Source of the DNA: Octopus sinensis
Taxonomy: Eukaryota
Reading direction: 5' to 3'
DNA: 64,000 nt
Assembly: GCF_006345805.1 (NCBI RefSeq)
Contig: NC_043004.1
Span: forward strand, 84,072,001-84,136,000
Shown in pieces: positions 38,110 through 53,290 of this stretch; within the stretch, counting starts at the first letter, position 1; every line of letters begins with the position of its first letter. A program made the translations under genes and the position numbers. Under the pieces are notes generated by a model. The model searched no databases. It saw only the letters and a list, made by a program, of their open reading frames with translations, and was not told the origin of the DNA.

Positions 38110-38300
38110 TAGAGGCACGACAGCTGAAATTTTAGGGGAGTATTATATCAAGCCCCGTGCTTAACTGGTACTTATTTTATCGACACTAAAGATGAAAGGC
38201 ACAGTCCACCACCGAGTCAACGGGATGAAGATCGTAAAGACATACGAAATACTGCTAAGAATTTTGTCCGTTGTGCTAACGATTCTGCCAGCTCGCCGCA
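38110..38300 (-). mobile_element. Deu/Nin-like SINE, monomer
   Basis: Homology to 37320-37500. Confidence 0.7.
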
Positions 38301-38983
38301 TTTATTAACTATATAGTAATATCAAATTATATGAACTAAATTTTAATAATTTCGCCATGAAAGTTTTAGAGTTATTATCCATTAATCATATTACTAAAAT
38401 CTTTTGATAAATGGTGGTGCAATATCTAATTAGAAGAAGTTGGAAACTGATTTAATTTTATATTAAATTAACACAAAATATGGAGAGAAAATAAAACAAC
38501 ACACACAATGGTTAGTTTTCTCTGACAGGTCTTGTAAGTATATTAGTTTATGAAATTATTTTTACAAATACTCGTTTATCAATATCCATATATAATATTA
38601 CACAATATATATGCCTATGGGTGATTATGTATATGAGAAATCTTGAATGTGATTCTGTGCTTAAATGAGCATGAATGTTTCTCTACGAGTGTTTATATCA
38701 GTATATATGTTTATATTGATGAATGATTACGTAAATGAATAGAGGGGAGGCGGAAGAGTTGTGCTAAGTTATTAACGCATAGCAAAATATTTTACTCCAG
38801 CGACAGTTATTTCCCCCAATTTACGCGCGCGACGTCGCATATAGATATGCCTGCACAAGTACACACACTGGCATGTGATATGTCTCCCCCTTCACATATA
38901 TATTTAGCAATGCACATAAATTTATTATGCATATACACACTTAGACGCCCAATATATCCATGCATCAAACGAACACACAGACG

Positions 38984-39015
<32 letters not shown>

Positions 39016-39123
39016 CCTCTATCTATATTCATAAATATAATATATATATATTATGTGTTTGGATATATATATATATATATATATATGCATATATATACAT
39101 ACATACATACATAAACGCACACC

Positions 39124-39197
<74 letters not shown>

Positions 39198-39919
39198 TAC
39201 ATATACATATATACATATATATCTATGTATGTATATGTATTTGCGTATAATTAACAGGAATTTTTGATTTTGCGCATAATTGAATAAATAATGTGGTTGT
39301 ATCGTAATTTATTAAACTCCGGAACAAAGAAGAATTTATATTTTCTCACTGTAATATATCTTTCTCCTCTGGCAATGTTTTGGTTATTTGATTCCAGCCA
39401 TAATAACAAGATAAGCTGAAGAATCCTCTTAGGTGAAAACTCAGTTGCAGGAATTTCGCAAACGGCTAAGCTTCTTTCGATAAAAACAACATACCTACCC
39501 AAAACTTTAATCTGAAGAATGGGTTTTCTGTAGTGAAAGAACTGTGAGTGCCTTCTAGGCAACAGCTAGTGGTAAATCATTGCAAATGTGACTGCAAATG
39601 AATTAAGCATCTTATAACTAAATACACGACACGATAGTAGGATTACATATGGACGTAAATTTACACACGAAGTCTTACTAATATAAATCTGTTTCACAAA
39701 CTGAGAGTGATTATCAAATTTTCAAAAGAAACAAACTCTCTATTTTTTATAACGAGAATATTTATATATGTTAGATACAACATACAACATAAGTCGCCAC
39801 CCTGTTACTCTGAAATGATTAAGAATTTCTCTCGTAAGGAATTGGTCAGTAGGTGCTGCTGTAAAAATGTTCTTACACCTTCCATGCTGCCCTACGCTGG
39901 TGCTAGCCAAGTTTGCATG

Positions 39920-40560
39920 TTTCAATATCAGTGTTTATCTTGCCGGTGCTCTGGACTGCTTCGTCATTGACGTTTCTGGATTTCCAGGTGGTCCAGCTGG
40001 GGTTGGTCAAATCCCATCTTCCACCCAATAGAGAATACCTGCCCTCAGTAGAAAGCTGCCGACAGGCCTCTGTTGCTTCATTGAATTACCTTACAGGCCT
40101 TCTCTTTGTTACACGTGTAACTCTATGCAAACTCAGTACTTTCGAGAACAAAAGCCCCTCAAACTTTATGCAACCATTTCTATTGCCTCATAATCTGTTT
40201 TCTATCCCTAATGTATGTACTCCTTTGTCAGCTCCTCCTATTTGGCAAGCTTCTTCTCATTTGCCTAGCGTATGTTTTCTTCCCAGAATACATTTAGTTC
40301 GCACATGATCATTTCTTTGGTGAAATCTGAAAAGATCATTCTGTCTGGACGGAATGTTTTTGTTGCGATGATATCTGGTAAATATAACCGGTCCACGAGT
40401 TCTACGCTCAGCTGCCATTCTGCGTGTATGGAGGTTTCAATGAACTGGACTTCTCACCCGCTGTGAAGAAGTTGATATCTTATTTTAAGGTGTGGTATTT
40501 ACTGGACTGAAGGGCTGGTGTAACAATGTTTTCAAGTAGCTAATGTTCTCCGCTTCTTTC
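39920..40560 (-). mobile_element. Second HERO-clade LINE 3' fragment (decayed)
   Basis: Minus strand: WQLSVEL...LPDIIATKTFRPD...CELNVFWEENI.*ANEKKLAK*EEL. Confidence 0.75.
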
Positions 40561-42003
40561 ACTTTATGTTTTGCCTTCAGTTACCATCATATTTAGAGCC
40601 GGTACCGTTTATCCAATAGAATGAATAGGAGGTTTTCTAGTGACGACTAATCGAAACACTACTTCCAAGAATCTGCTCAACAGGCCGAACCCAAATCCAT
40701 GTGGTTGCATGATTAGCATTTAAACCACACACCCATTTTTCTAAAATGTCATTATTCTTTTCTATTAACAGAAAAGACGCAATTTCTTTAATTTATAATT
40801 ACAAGCCATACCCGTAGCTGCAGCGTAATTGCACAGTCGAACAATCTTCCTCAGCGCATTACGTATATCAGATTTCCAATATATCTTAACAATCTTAATT
40901 TTATTTTGCTTTTTATTCACGCAGTTATTCTTGATTATAACTAAACATTTAGCTAATGATTATATCTTTCACCCCAGGGGTAATATTAATTAATTAAAAT
41001 GTATTATGTTCACTTCATTAAGAAAATTATCTCTGACCATTTATTATAAATATGAATATTTCGCACAAGCATTTACGCACATATTTCTTATTGAACTGTA
41101 AATTATTTTATCATCTATTGAGATTGTTCAAAATTCGTTGATACATATATTATAGTTTTCGCAAAACCGTTGTCTTAATCTTTTAGAGACACAACAAAAT
41201 GGGTCTAGATTTTTTTCCTGATACTAAATGAAGAATTGCAATTAATTAAGCGAATTATACTTGTACAGAGTATTTCCTCCATTTCTTAGATAATTTTTTT
41301 GTACACCGTAGCAATTTGCCGATATTTAAATGAATAAACGAGCAAACAAGGAAAGGGTCCCTACAATCAGGTACTCAAAGTGCGTCTACACAATGTTCCC
41401 CTCCGCAAAGACAGTCACTCTAATAGCAGCAATAATCAACGAGTAATTGTAAAATTAATGAATGGTCTAGCTAGTTATTGTGTTTTAATGAATCCAGTTA
41501 TCGATAATGTGTAAAGACTTGCTTGTTCAATTACATCCAACAATCAATCTACGTGTGAATGAATGTGTGTATAAGGTAAAAATGCTTCCGGAAAACTTTT
41601 TTTTTCTAAGGAGTAGTCACTTCTGAAAAAGGATGTTAGAAAATAACATAAACTGAATCCGAAATAAAACTGGCGATAAAACAGACTATTTCTCGGGAAC
41701 TAAACAACAATTCCCAACGCTTATGCCAACTATAATCTTAACAGAAACACGAACAAGGAAGCGATGGATGAAGTCAACATCTGACAGATTAGTTCTGCAG
41801 TATATATTCTCTATATCAATCAACAGATTATTCCAAATAACATGACAACTGGAAATCTTCCTGTAAAGACTTATCGACATTGTCAACGATATTGAGGATA
41901 AAGCTGTCCGCTGAGTAAAACCATCGGGGAATTTCAGTAAACCAATATATGTGTGTGTGTTTGGGTATGCGTACAGACACACAAACACAAACACACACTC
42001 ACA

Positions 42004-42116
<113 letters not shown>

Positions 42117-42158
42117 CATGTATATGTATATATATATATGTATATATGTATATATAAC

Positions 42159-42223
<65 letters not shown>

Positions 42224-42236
42224 ATATATACATACA

Positions 42237-42560
42237 CGTATGGCTTGTGCTAAAATCAATAAAGGGTCTTAAAATCCAAGACCGATTATCTACTAGATGA
42301 ACGCACCGATATATCACGCTGTCAAGATCATTGATCGCCTATTTAAAAGAGACATTGCAGCTAATTTACGCAGTCACTTTCAGCAGAAAATCTTTTCAAA
42401 TGCTATCAGCATGACCTCGTCTATGCACACAATTATAGGAAAGATGATTTCTCCTGCTGCGCAAAAGTCTACTGTGACAACGAAATACTGATTTCCAACG
42501 CTTATCAAACGAGTAACTTTTGAAAATTATATTTAAGTATGACATGAGTCGTGTGCAATA
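42237..42560 (+). mobile_element. Decayed Penelope-like RT fragment
   Basis: [34 protein letters not shown] resembles PLE RT motifs 1-2 (YGLPKIHK...RPII...APTY). Confidence 0.5.
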
Positions 42561-42771
42561 TTCCATCATTGTTTGTAATAGGTTAATCAGAGGTAGAGAA
42601 CTCTGCAAAAGAAATCATTCGATGGTCTTTGAAATACTTTTGGAAATAGAAACAAGCTACACTTAGAGGGCAAAACTGAATCGTGTGCCTTCAAAACAGA
42701 AACAGTGTTAAACTCCATAAAACTTTATAGAGCTTGGTAGCGTCAATAATCGAAGAAATCGATGCATAAGC

Positions 42772-42845
42772 TTAGTGCTTAGTTACGGGGTCATAAACAC
42801 ACGAACATCGGTTGTCAAGTGATGATGGAGTTACAAACACAGATG

Positions 42846-42884
<39 letters not shown>

Positions 42885-43060
42885 TTATATATATACGTAT
42901 GTATATATATATGTATATATGACGATCTTCTTTCAGTTTCTTTCTACCAAATCCACTCAGAAGGTTTTTAGTCAGTCCAAGGCTATAGTAGAAAACACGT
43001 TCCCAAAGTGCTACGCAGTGGGATTGAACCCGGAGCATTGTTGCTGGTAAGCAAGCTACT
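42772..43060 (-). mobile_element. CORE-like SINE (3'-truncated) with internal microsatellite
   Basis: Homology to 32888-33230. Confidence 0.8.
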
Positions 43061-44054
43061 TTATTTCATCAAATTTGCCATGACGACATACCAAAGAGTA
43101 GCTTGCGGGCTTGACAGAAACATTAATGACAAGAATGATGAAAAAAAGACGATATTGATGAGAGAAGATAAAAAACGGCCGCCGATGTTTTGCTTCTCTA
43201 AAACAGTATTCTCTTCTTCTTACATAGAAAAAGACAAAAGAAGGTGATGAAACTCTTATTTCAGTTTTACAATTATGGACTAAGAGACCGTTTTAAAATT
43301 AGGGCTTTAAGCCTCTTAAACACAATAACATGCAATAAACATTGAACATTATACAATAAACATTATAACACTGAGGCTTTTCAACCTCTTGTCACTATTC
43401 CTCTCCAACATCCTTTGTGCTCGTATACTCCGCCATCACCCGCGACTCATTCAAGACTAAGGCGGGATCCATGTCGGCGCCGCCCGGCCACAAGCGATAT
43501 TCCTCATTGCGTCCCTGCAGCCTAAAAGATATGGAGAAAATTATGACACCCACAGCTCTCTGCGGAGATCATTCGGGATCCTGTGGGAAGATTGAAGGTA
43601 CTCCCTTTTGGTGCTTTTCCACCAGCTCTTCTACCTCTCCCCCTTTGTAGAAGAAGACCATCAGTTTATATTCCTCCGGGCGCAATTCCCCACACCGCTG
43701 TCTCTTTCCCAGCCGGTGGCACAACTCCTACTGGCAAGCTTCCGCGACATTCCGGTCTTATGTCACCGACTGCCGGCAATGTCTCGTTTCTCTTCTTCGC
43801 ATTAGATGCGCTAATATTCCAGCTCACAAGAGTATATGGAAACTACGAAGGGAAAAAAGCCAAATTAAAATCCAATGAGAAAATTTACGTGTAATTCATA
43901 CGGCCGTTTCAGCAATGTATTGGTAAGAGTAAACACCAATTTAAAATCCATTCCATTATCGCTGTTTGCTTCATTAGGGTTACTAATATTTCATATGGAC
44001 GAAATTTTGTACGTGCGTACATAGACATCGAAGATATCCCTTTCCTCATATATA

Positions 44055-44109
<55 letters not shown>

Positions 44110-44170
44110 TATATGTATATATAATATATATATATATAGAGAGAGAGAGAGGGAGAGAGATACAGAGATG

Positions 44171-44210
<40 letters not shown>

Positions 44211-44224
44211 TGTATATATACATA

Positions 44225-44274
<50 letters not shown>

Positions 44275-44570
44275 ATATATATATATATATGTGTGTATCA
44301 GTTATATAATCTTACCTAAAATGAGATTAATCATTGCCACTAAATGTGACTAGGGTGTTGAGACACACATACATTGCTAGAAATAGGAGCTAATGTAACG
44401 CACAAGAATGACAACATATAAATATATATGGTGTCTTCCCAGAGTAGTTTCCCTTCTTAATGCATCCATGTGAACAGCTTAGCTTTAAAAATAATCATTT
44501 AACAATAAAGTCAACAATCCACATTTTTGAGCAGTTACACCTTATTTCCAAGCCGTTGTTCCACAGAAAG

Positions 44571-44904
44571 GAGTGGTTCTCAAATGGACTCCATATGGCC
44601 CCTGAGGATCCCTTTTGAGATTTTGGTGAGATCCACACAAAAAATAATAATTTGGAGATCCAAAGTAATATTCTAAGGGCCCCTAAAAAAATTTTGCTTT
44701 GCAGGTATGTATTGGTAGAAACAGTTAAGCTTGATTCTATAATAATTAAAAAAGATCAATTATAAAATTTAATGTTCGAAATACAAAATAGAAACTTTGA
44801 AAAAGTTTCTACAAAACTAGATTTTAAGCTTAGAATGTCTATGGGGCTCACCAGAATAAAATAGTAATCGAAAGAGAGAGATAAAAGATGGTTGAAAACC
44901 CCTG
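44571..44904. mobile_element. hAT/Charlie-like non-autonomous element
   Basis: Imperfect TIRs gagtggttctcaa ... ggttgaaaacccctg. Confidence 0.6.
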
Positions 44905-45289
44905 AAATAATGTTTACTATCGTACAATTCGTACTGAATATATCGTGGTATAAGAAGTTTCAGCTAGCGTTACTACCTGAAGAAACGAAAACAAAATTCA
45001 TGTACACCTACGTAATTTGAAAATACGCGATTTGAATTGGAGAGATTAGATTTAGAATGAAAGATATATTGGTATTGATGAATAATGATACTCCGTTGAG
45101 AATAGTGGTTGAAGATATTTGATGTTGCGAAAGAAATGAAATACAAAGAATATATATTGTATGTACGGAGTTTTTTTTTTCTCACAATACGTGTAAATAT
45201 ACATATATACAAACAATTTTACGTATATGGTCCACATAAAATTTTCATAACCAAGGAATACCGACATTAACTGTATATAAATTAATGGA

Positions 45290-45567
45290 AATATATGTAT
45301 GTACAGCGTTGCATTTATGATTGTATATATGTATGTATGTAGGTATGTATGTGTGTGTATGCATGTGTGTGTAGTATGCATGTATGTATCTATCTATCCA
45401 TATATCCAAATATTTACATTTATATCTATCTATCTGTCGATATATTTTATATATATATATAATATATATATATATACGCATCTGTGTGATTGTGAGCGTG
45501 TGTGCACGAGCATGTATCCACACACACACACATATTTATATATATATATATGTGTGTGTGTGTATAT

Positions 45568-45637
<70 letters not shown>

Positions 45638-45840
45638 TATACATGCATTCATACGTAAATACATAGATATATAGATATATAGATACATACATACATACAC
45701 ATATACACACAACAATAGGCGTATCTGCATTCTGCAATAAAAATCTCATGCATGGATATGAAGTAAGTATATATATGAATATGCATATGCGTATACATGT
45801 ATGTATATGCATATATATATATATATACTCATACACACAA

Positions 45841-45879
<39 letters not shown>

Positions 45880-46456
45880 TATAGATATAAAAAGAGAGAG
45901 AAGCATGTAGGGTGATGTGTATATTTACACATTTATATGCATATATGCGTGTAGGTTTATAACTATTTATTTATTTGTGTCTATAATAAAAGTATACATA
46001 CACACATGGATATATAATACATAACAAAAACGCTGTTTCTTTGCACATGTGTGTTCGGGTTTTGTAAATGTGTGCATATGTGAAAGGTAGAATGCGTTTG
46101 AGGATGAACCTTTGTGGCAGTATATGAATCAATATTAACATATATACGTAGTTTAGCGTAGAGCTGAAATGTTAGCAAATTAATTTTTTATGTATTTCTA
46201 CTTTACATTTTAGCCACAGGCATTATGAATGGAGAAGATTCACATACATCTCTGAACTCATACATATGTGTGAGTGTGATCACGCGTGTATGAGTGTGTG
46301 CAAGTATATGTCTTTGTCTGTGAGTCTTTGTTCCTATGGGAATATATATGAGAATGTGTGTGTGTGCATGCATGAAGGGGTGATAATGTATGCATGTAAA
46401 TATTCATAAACACTCTTATTTATATCCTTGCATGTATAAGAATTGTGGGATATAAA

Positions 46457-46503
<47 letters not shown>

Positions 46504-46679
46504 TGATGTGTTTGTGTGTTTGCGTGTGTGTTTGTATAACTATGTTTACTGGTATGTAGGTTATATTAATGTATACGTATGTATTTATAAATATTGAAAT
46601 ACGTCTATGTAAATAAATCATATATATACATATGTGCATGCGTGTGTGTGCATATACACATACATAATTATATACTAAC

Positions 46680-46721
<42 letters not shown>

Positions 46722-46862
46722 ATATATATATATGTAATATATATATATATATATATATATCTATATATATATATATATAATATATATATATATATTGTGT
46801 GTGTGTGTGTGTGTTTGTGTATGCATATATATAATATATATATATAAATATGTGTATATATA

Positions 46863-46953
<91 letters not shown>

Positions 46954-47667
46954 GCATATAAGTGCTTATATGTATGTGTGCATGTGTGGTTCTGTTTTTT
47001 GAGTCTCCGGAGATAGATAGATAGATAGATAGAGAGAGAGAAAGAGAGAGAAAGAGACAGGGAGTAAACGATAAATAGATACATAGAGAGATATGGAGTT
47101 AGTTAGACAGATAGATATATACAAGCGCACGCGCACATTATGCTCCCTACTTGCGCGTTAGAAACACTTCACTGCACATCTGAATACATAGAACATTATC
47201 ATAGCTGAATGTTCTATAGACGAAGCTTTACCATTCGTGCGAAATATTTCTATGCTCAAGGAATTCTCCAACATTAACAAGTAGAAAAACCAAGACACCT
47301 ATTACCATGCATACACATGAAAACTGTAATTTGAATGAATACATTCATATACCTTAACTCATACAATGAAGATTTCTACATTTTTTTCAGCACACCGTTG
47401 TATTTGTTTGGTTTTGTTAATACTAATATCAGGTAAGAAGATAACAAAAGAACGAAAAAAAAGTAAATAATTCAGGAAAATAAACAGGTAGTTGGTTTTT
47501 GTAGTTATAATGGGTTCCTATGTTTATGCATATATACCTGTACATATACATATACATACATACATACATACATATATGTATATATATAAATGTATATATA
47601 TATACATATATAAGTATATATACATATATATATATGTATATATATATACATATATAAGTATATATAC

Positions 47668-47698
<31 letters not shown>

Positions 47699-47845
47699 TA
47701 TAATATATATATATATATACATATATATATGTGTGTGTGTATATATATATATATATATACACATATATATAAATGTGGGTATCTGTATATTTGTATATGT
47801 GTATTAGCGTGTATACACATACAAATACAGAAATACACACACTCA

Positions 47846-47903
<58 letters not shown>

Positions 47904-48301
47904 CACGTATAGTTGTTTACGCGTACTTATGTAAGAATAGTCTCTGTGTGTAGTTGCGTATACCTACATGAATATATTATATAGGCTTGTGTGTTTGCGC
48001 ACGTGGGCGTGTTTGCGTTTGAGTTTGTTTCTACGCGCGCGTGTGCCCACACATATATATTTCCTCTCTTAAATATATTCACAAAAAACAGTACGAATTA
48101 CGCATGCGTCCACGGGTATCAATACGCTCGAAGAAAACTCAACGTTTTCTTCGTGTGATTTATCTCTCTATCTCACTCACAACATACTATTTTAACACAC
48201 ATATACTTCCATCCATACATACAGAAGCATGTATAAATGGAAATAACGAAAATTATTGTATACGTATAATATATGTATATGTATACACACCCATAAAGTC
48301 G

Positions 48302-48342
<41 letters not shown>

Positions 48343-48420
48343 CATACGATATATGGTTCATGTATGTATGCATACATAAAGACACGTACGCGTACATATG
48401 TAGAAATGCAAGTGTATATT
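45290..48420. repeat. Dense field of compound (TA)n/(CA)n/(TAGA)n microsatellites
   Basis: Directly visible; all ORFs here are low-complexity. Confidence 0.92.
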
Positions 48421-49209
48421 TGTAGTCATATTAATAAGCGGTCTGCTTCACTGGCATTGTGTGCATCTGTTTTTCAGTATGAGAATCGTTATTGTTTGCG
48501 AAATATTCGAATACACCTTCCAATTATAAAGCGTTATATTTTTCTTCGTGTCTGACGGACTCTCTCTCTCTCTCTCTCTCTAGCTTTCTCTAACTTTTTC
48601 GCTATCCCTATCACCTCCCTCTATGACAGTCTGTCTGGCATATAGATATTTGTTGGTTTGTTTTTCGTCCTTACGTAACTTATATACCGCATCGCGCTCC
48701 TTAAACAAATCATAAATACGTAAGTTACGAACTGGCTGTTAAGTTTCTTGAAAACCTATGTTAGATAAGTAATACTTATGTAACGCTCGAGTCCTTCACC
48801 AAAACTTATATTCTACCATGTAGGTTAAGATGCACACACTGTCCTTGAAATTATATTCAACCACATGTTTGTACCATTGAAATAACCGATTATTTGTTGT
48901 ATTGATTTAGTAGTAACTGTGTTAAATATTTTAATAAATATAAATACATTTAAAAACAATTGTTTCAATGAATCTTCTTTCCGCGTCTCATGACGCACAT
49001 TCTTTTCTAAGTACCTCTAGGAAAGTAAAATGCTACAAAACCTCCTTTCATAGGATTTATATGTATCTAAACGTATCTTTTTTCCTATATTCTCTTGATA
49101 TAAAATATTTTCATATTGTCTTGTTTTATGCAGTTGGCTTAGAATTTTCGGTGTTGTTCATACTTTTGTATGTACTTTTAGTTTTATTTACAAAGTACAT
49201 TGGACAATA

Positions 49210-49455
49210 AGTAATTGGTGTATTGTTGTTAATATGGATGAGGACGCGTGTACATGGAGGAATACGGCTTCTTACATTATCTATATGTTCGGATTAGTTA
49301 CACAGACAAGATATTCCTGACCCTACATCTAGCGAAATTCCAGTAAGCAAACTACATATTTTCCGACTCGGTCAATACACCGGAAACATTTCAGCCCAAT
49401 TCTAATTTTATAAGGAAAATATGTTTATTAAGAAATATAAACCATATCTGAATAT
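49210..49455 (+). mobile_element. Decayed PLE GIY-YIG endonuclease C-terminus
   Basis: One frame: HRQDIPDPTSSEIPVSK...*FYKENMFIKKYKPYLN, matching the H.Q.I.DP...IP.S and E..FI...KP.LN pattern. Confidence 0.6.
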
Positions 49456-51785
49456 TCTATAAGAACACACCAGACTGAGAGAACATAATTTATTAAGAAA
49501 AAAAAACAAATTTTAGAATTATCAGACATAAATGGTAAGTATAAATAACAGGCTTCCCTCGGGATTGGAAACCCTAAATCCAAATTGCTCTACAATAACA
49601 CCTTGTTCTTTCTCAAATACCAGCTGTCGACGTCATTCTAGGCTTAACCAATTAGAGTTTTTTTAGTTAAACCTGGACCCTGAGACAGAAATACAGGTAA
49701 ATATTTACCTGAAGAATCCAATAGCTCTATAAAGGAATCAAGCAAATGGCACTGTATATATGATAAAAACGATCTAAGAATACATTTAGACAAAAAGACA
49801 AAGAAAACGCCGTAAGCAGGAAATCAATAAGCCGGGACACTGACCCTCTTTCATGAAAACAATCGACAAATTGACGTCACCATGAATCCAACAAACCAGA
49901 ACATCGGATGTGCAGCAATCCAAAATATGTGACCTGAACATCTCTGAAACCAGTGGCATATCCACGCAGTCAGTTAGTCAAAATACTAGATTGACAAAAT
50001 CAGCAAGGTCGAAATCAGGTGACCTTGTGGTGCCGGCGCTGGAGTTGGAGGAGAGTTGCACCAAAAGCAACTCCCCTCCAAGAGTCTCTCATGCTATCTA
50101 CCACAGTAAAGTTTTCTGTAACAAAACATCCACATTTAAGTGGGAATAAATATTGCTCCTCAGTATTAATAGTGATTGTATTGCTAGTATATATTTTTTA
50201 CAAGGTCACCGACTAATCGCCGCAACACTAGTGTTTATTTGGGTACTGATTTTCTATATATCGCTAGCAGGGAGATGAGACACTGCTATCTCTAGCGGTC
50301 GAGCGTATATCATCGATAAAACAACGGAAAAGAGAAATCAGGTGAACTGGTGGTCCCGGTGTACCTGTTGTTGGGGATTTATCTCCACACTAGCGATATA
50401 AGCAGGCGTGTATTTTGCACCAAAAGCCTAGATGAGAATTTCTCTCATCGTATGTCATGCAGCTGAAGTTTGTTCGTACAGAACATCCATGTTTATGTGG
50501 AAATAAATATACAAAGCAATTTTAGCTTAGAACATTTCAAGCTCTAACCAACAAAGCAACTACGAGGAATTCTAATTTTCTATTTTGTTTTAATTTTATT
50601 TTATCTAATTGGTTATGTAACTCAATGTTATTGAACTTTCAAAATTCATCGAGAAGTTGATTTTGTAATACTGTCTCAGAAAAACCTATTTCATATTGGA
50701 ATATGTATAAACATTTGAACATTTAAGCATGTTTTTCAAAATTTTCCTTTGAACGCTCGATGTTTTCTTAACTGTTTATTCCTGTATAATTTTACTTGTT
50801 TCAGCCATGTGAATGCAGCCATGCTGCAGCACTGACTATTATTTACAAGTGAAAAATTAAAAAATTGAAACCGGTTCGGTATTTTAATATATATGTTACA
50901 AAATTAAAAGACTGGCACATGTTAAAGAACTCGGATGCATTCTCACCCTCTATAATCGAATTCTCTTATAGATTTGTGCGTGTGTGCGTGCGTCTGAGTA
51001 TCTACTGTATGTATGTGACTGCATATCTGTGCGCGCGCATGTGAATATATGTGTATATACAAGTATTGTGTGTATGTATATGGATGTATGTCTGTTCGTG
51101 TGCATGTGTGTGTATGCCTCTTTACTACATTCCTTGTCACAACCTTAATACATTTAAGCACACTATTATCTTGTTCTCTTTTTTACACCATCGCCTCACC
51201 AAGTCCTCGTAATTTTAATAAAAGGGTGTAAAGATTAGATTATTCTTTGGTGACGGGCATAATATTATTACCGGATTACTAACGTCGTTATCACTCTACT
51301 GCAGAGTATGACAGCCAACCATATTGCTTTCTATTTTTTAAGAAATTTTATTAATTTAATTAACATCTGGTATCGTCTCCCTTGATTTTTTTGTTCATTA
51401 TTAGTGATAAAATCTTAATTAATTAAAAATTATCGATTCACTAGATTCTGTCTTTTACGTGAACTCAAAGAAAATGCATAGGATTTCATATGGATGAGGT
51501 GGTTGCTGATTCTTAAAAGAGGTGAAAGGACACCGGAATCATTTTTTTAGTTTTAAGTTCAGCGATGAGGAAGACATGAAAAAATTACAACCAGCTTTCA
51601 TTCTTAATTCGATGAAGTGATCTCACTATGTAAATCACCGCTGCCTGTCAGAAACTAGGATTTCGAGGGAAATTCAGTGTGCTCACAATAACAAAATGAA
51701 AACAAAATGCAAACCTACGACGTCGTATTCCATGAACTTCGTTGCAAATTGATGATAAATTGTAAGTATTATTACTGAAATTTAT

Positions 51786-51990
51786 AGGTGGCGAGCCGGC
51801 AGAATCGTTAGCACGCTGGACGAAATGCTTAATGGCATCTCTCCGTTCTAAGATCAAATTCCACCGAGGTCGCCTTTGCCTTTCATCCGTTCAGTGTGGA
51901 TCAATTAAGTGAAACACTGAGGTCGATATAATCGACATGCTCCCTCCCCCCACCAATGTTGGGCCTTGTGCCTACAGTAGAAAGGATTAT
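51786..51990 (+). mobile_element. Deu/Nin-like SINE, monomer
   Basis: aggtggcgagccggcagaatcgttagcacg head; gaggtcgcctttgcctttcatcc body. Confidence 0.8.
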
Positions 51991-53242
51991 TAGTGAAATA
52001 TTTAATGACGTTTTTCTTCAATAAATTTCAATCTTAATGACACTCTTACAAACTTAATTTACCTCCTATTGTTGCTGATTACAATTACAATATTTATTAT
52101 TTCAGTTTTTTTTTGTATGCTATCGCATGGGAATGGTCGTGTAATATTCCAGAACCAAGAAACAATGATATTGGAGATTATTATCTTTATTACCCAATGT
52201 TTCATCGATTTCTTATTGATATTCTTTCTATAATTGTATAATTGAAAATATTATATAGACTTATTTATATCTTAACGATTTTAACTGTTATACGCATTGC
52301 ATAATTAAGACAGTGACAAGATTCCTGGGTTTAATTACAAATCAATTATGGTCACTATCTTTAGATATTTTTAAGGACGAAACGAAAATACTTTTCAGCT
52401 AAACAAATCATTTATATTCTTAGTCGAAACGTATCGATCACTTCAAAATACACTGATAGTTACAGACTTCAGCGAGCAGGAAAATCGTTTCAAAATTTGA
52501 AAATTAATATAAGAAAAAAAAGCATGCGAATAGCACACCAAATAAGTAAAAGAATTGGCCATGTTAAACTCACTATTTGCTTATGATAAGGCATAAACTA
52601 GATTATCTTATTCAACGTGTACCGCAAGATGACATTGGGGTATTTGACGATTTAGATAATATTTAAAACCTATCGTGTGGCTACATAAAATCTCACTTGT
52701 TGTGACGCGATATTCAGCAATATATATTAATAAAATTCTATAAGTTAATCCATATTTTTAGAAAACAGGATGACGATGAATATTATGTATTGTAGATAAA
52801 ATTGTCAAATATAATATTGATTTCTTCCAAGGTGTGATAAACAGAATTTTGTTGAATGATTATCGTTAATACTGTCTCATTATCCTTAATACACTGTATT
52901 AACTTACGATGGGTGATTATTAACCCCTCCTCGATTATTGTACAATCGGTTAACTTATAATTGGAAGTATAACCTCGATATTTTACGCATTTAAAAAAAA
53001 TTATATATGTAAAATTCTGTGACAATATGGTATGTACCTCTATTTATTTTTGCTTTTAAAATGGTATATTGAAGCATTCTGAACACAGAATACCAATAAA
53101 AGTTTGAAAATCAAGTGCAGTTTTCTCGATTGATTCGAACATATGAATATTAATTTCTTCATCACGTTATAACGTTTTTTGTCTCTCAGTCGCCGTCCAA
53201 ATCTCATTCTTTTAATCCCCCTCCTACCCATTTTAATTTTTC

Positions 53243-53290
<48 letters not shown>

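Noticed and set aside
41700-41930. Possible piggyBac-like scrap (NYNLN...AMD)
   Set aside because: Single weak motif
52600-52960. Possible Helitron N-terminal scraps (VNPYF, HYP)
   Set aside because: Too short and broken
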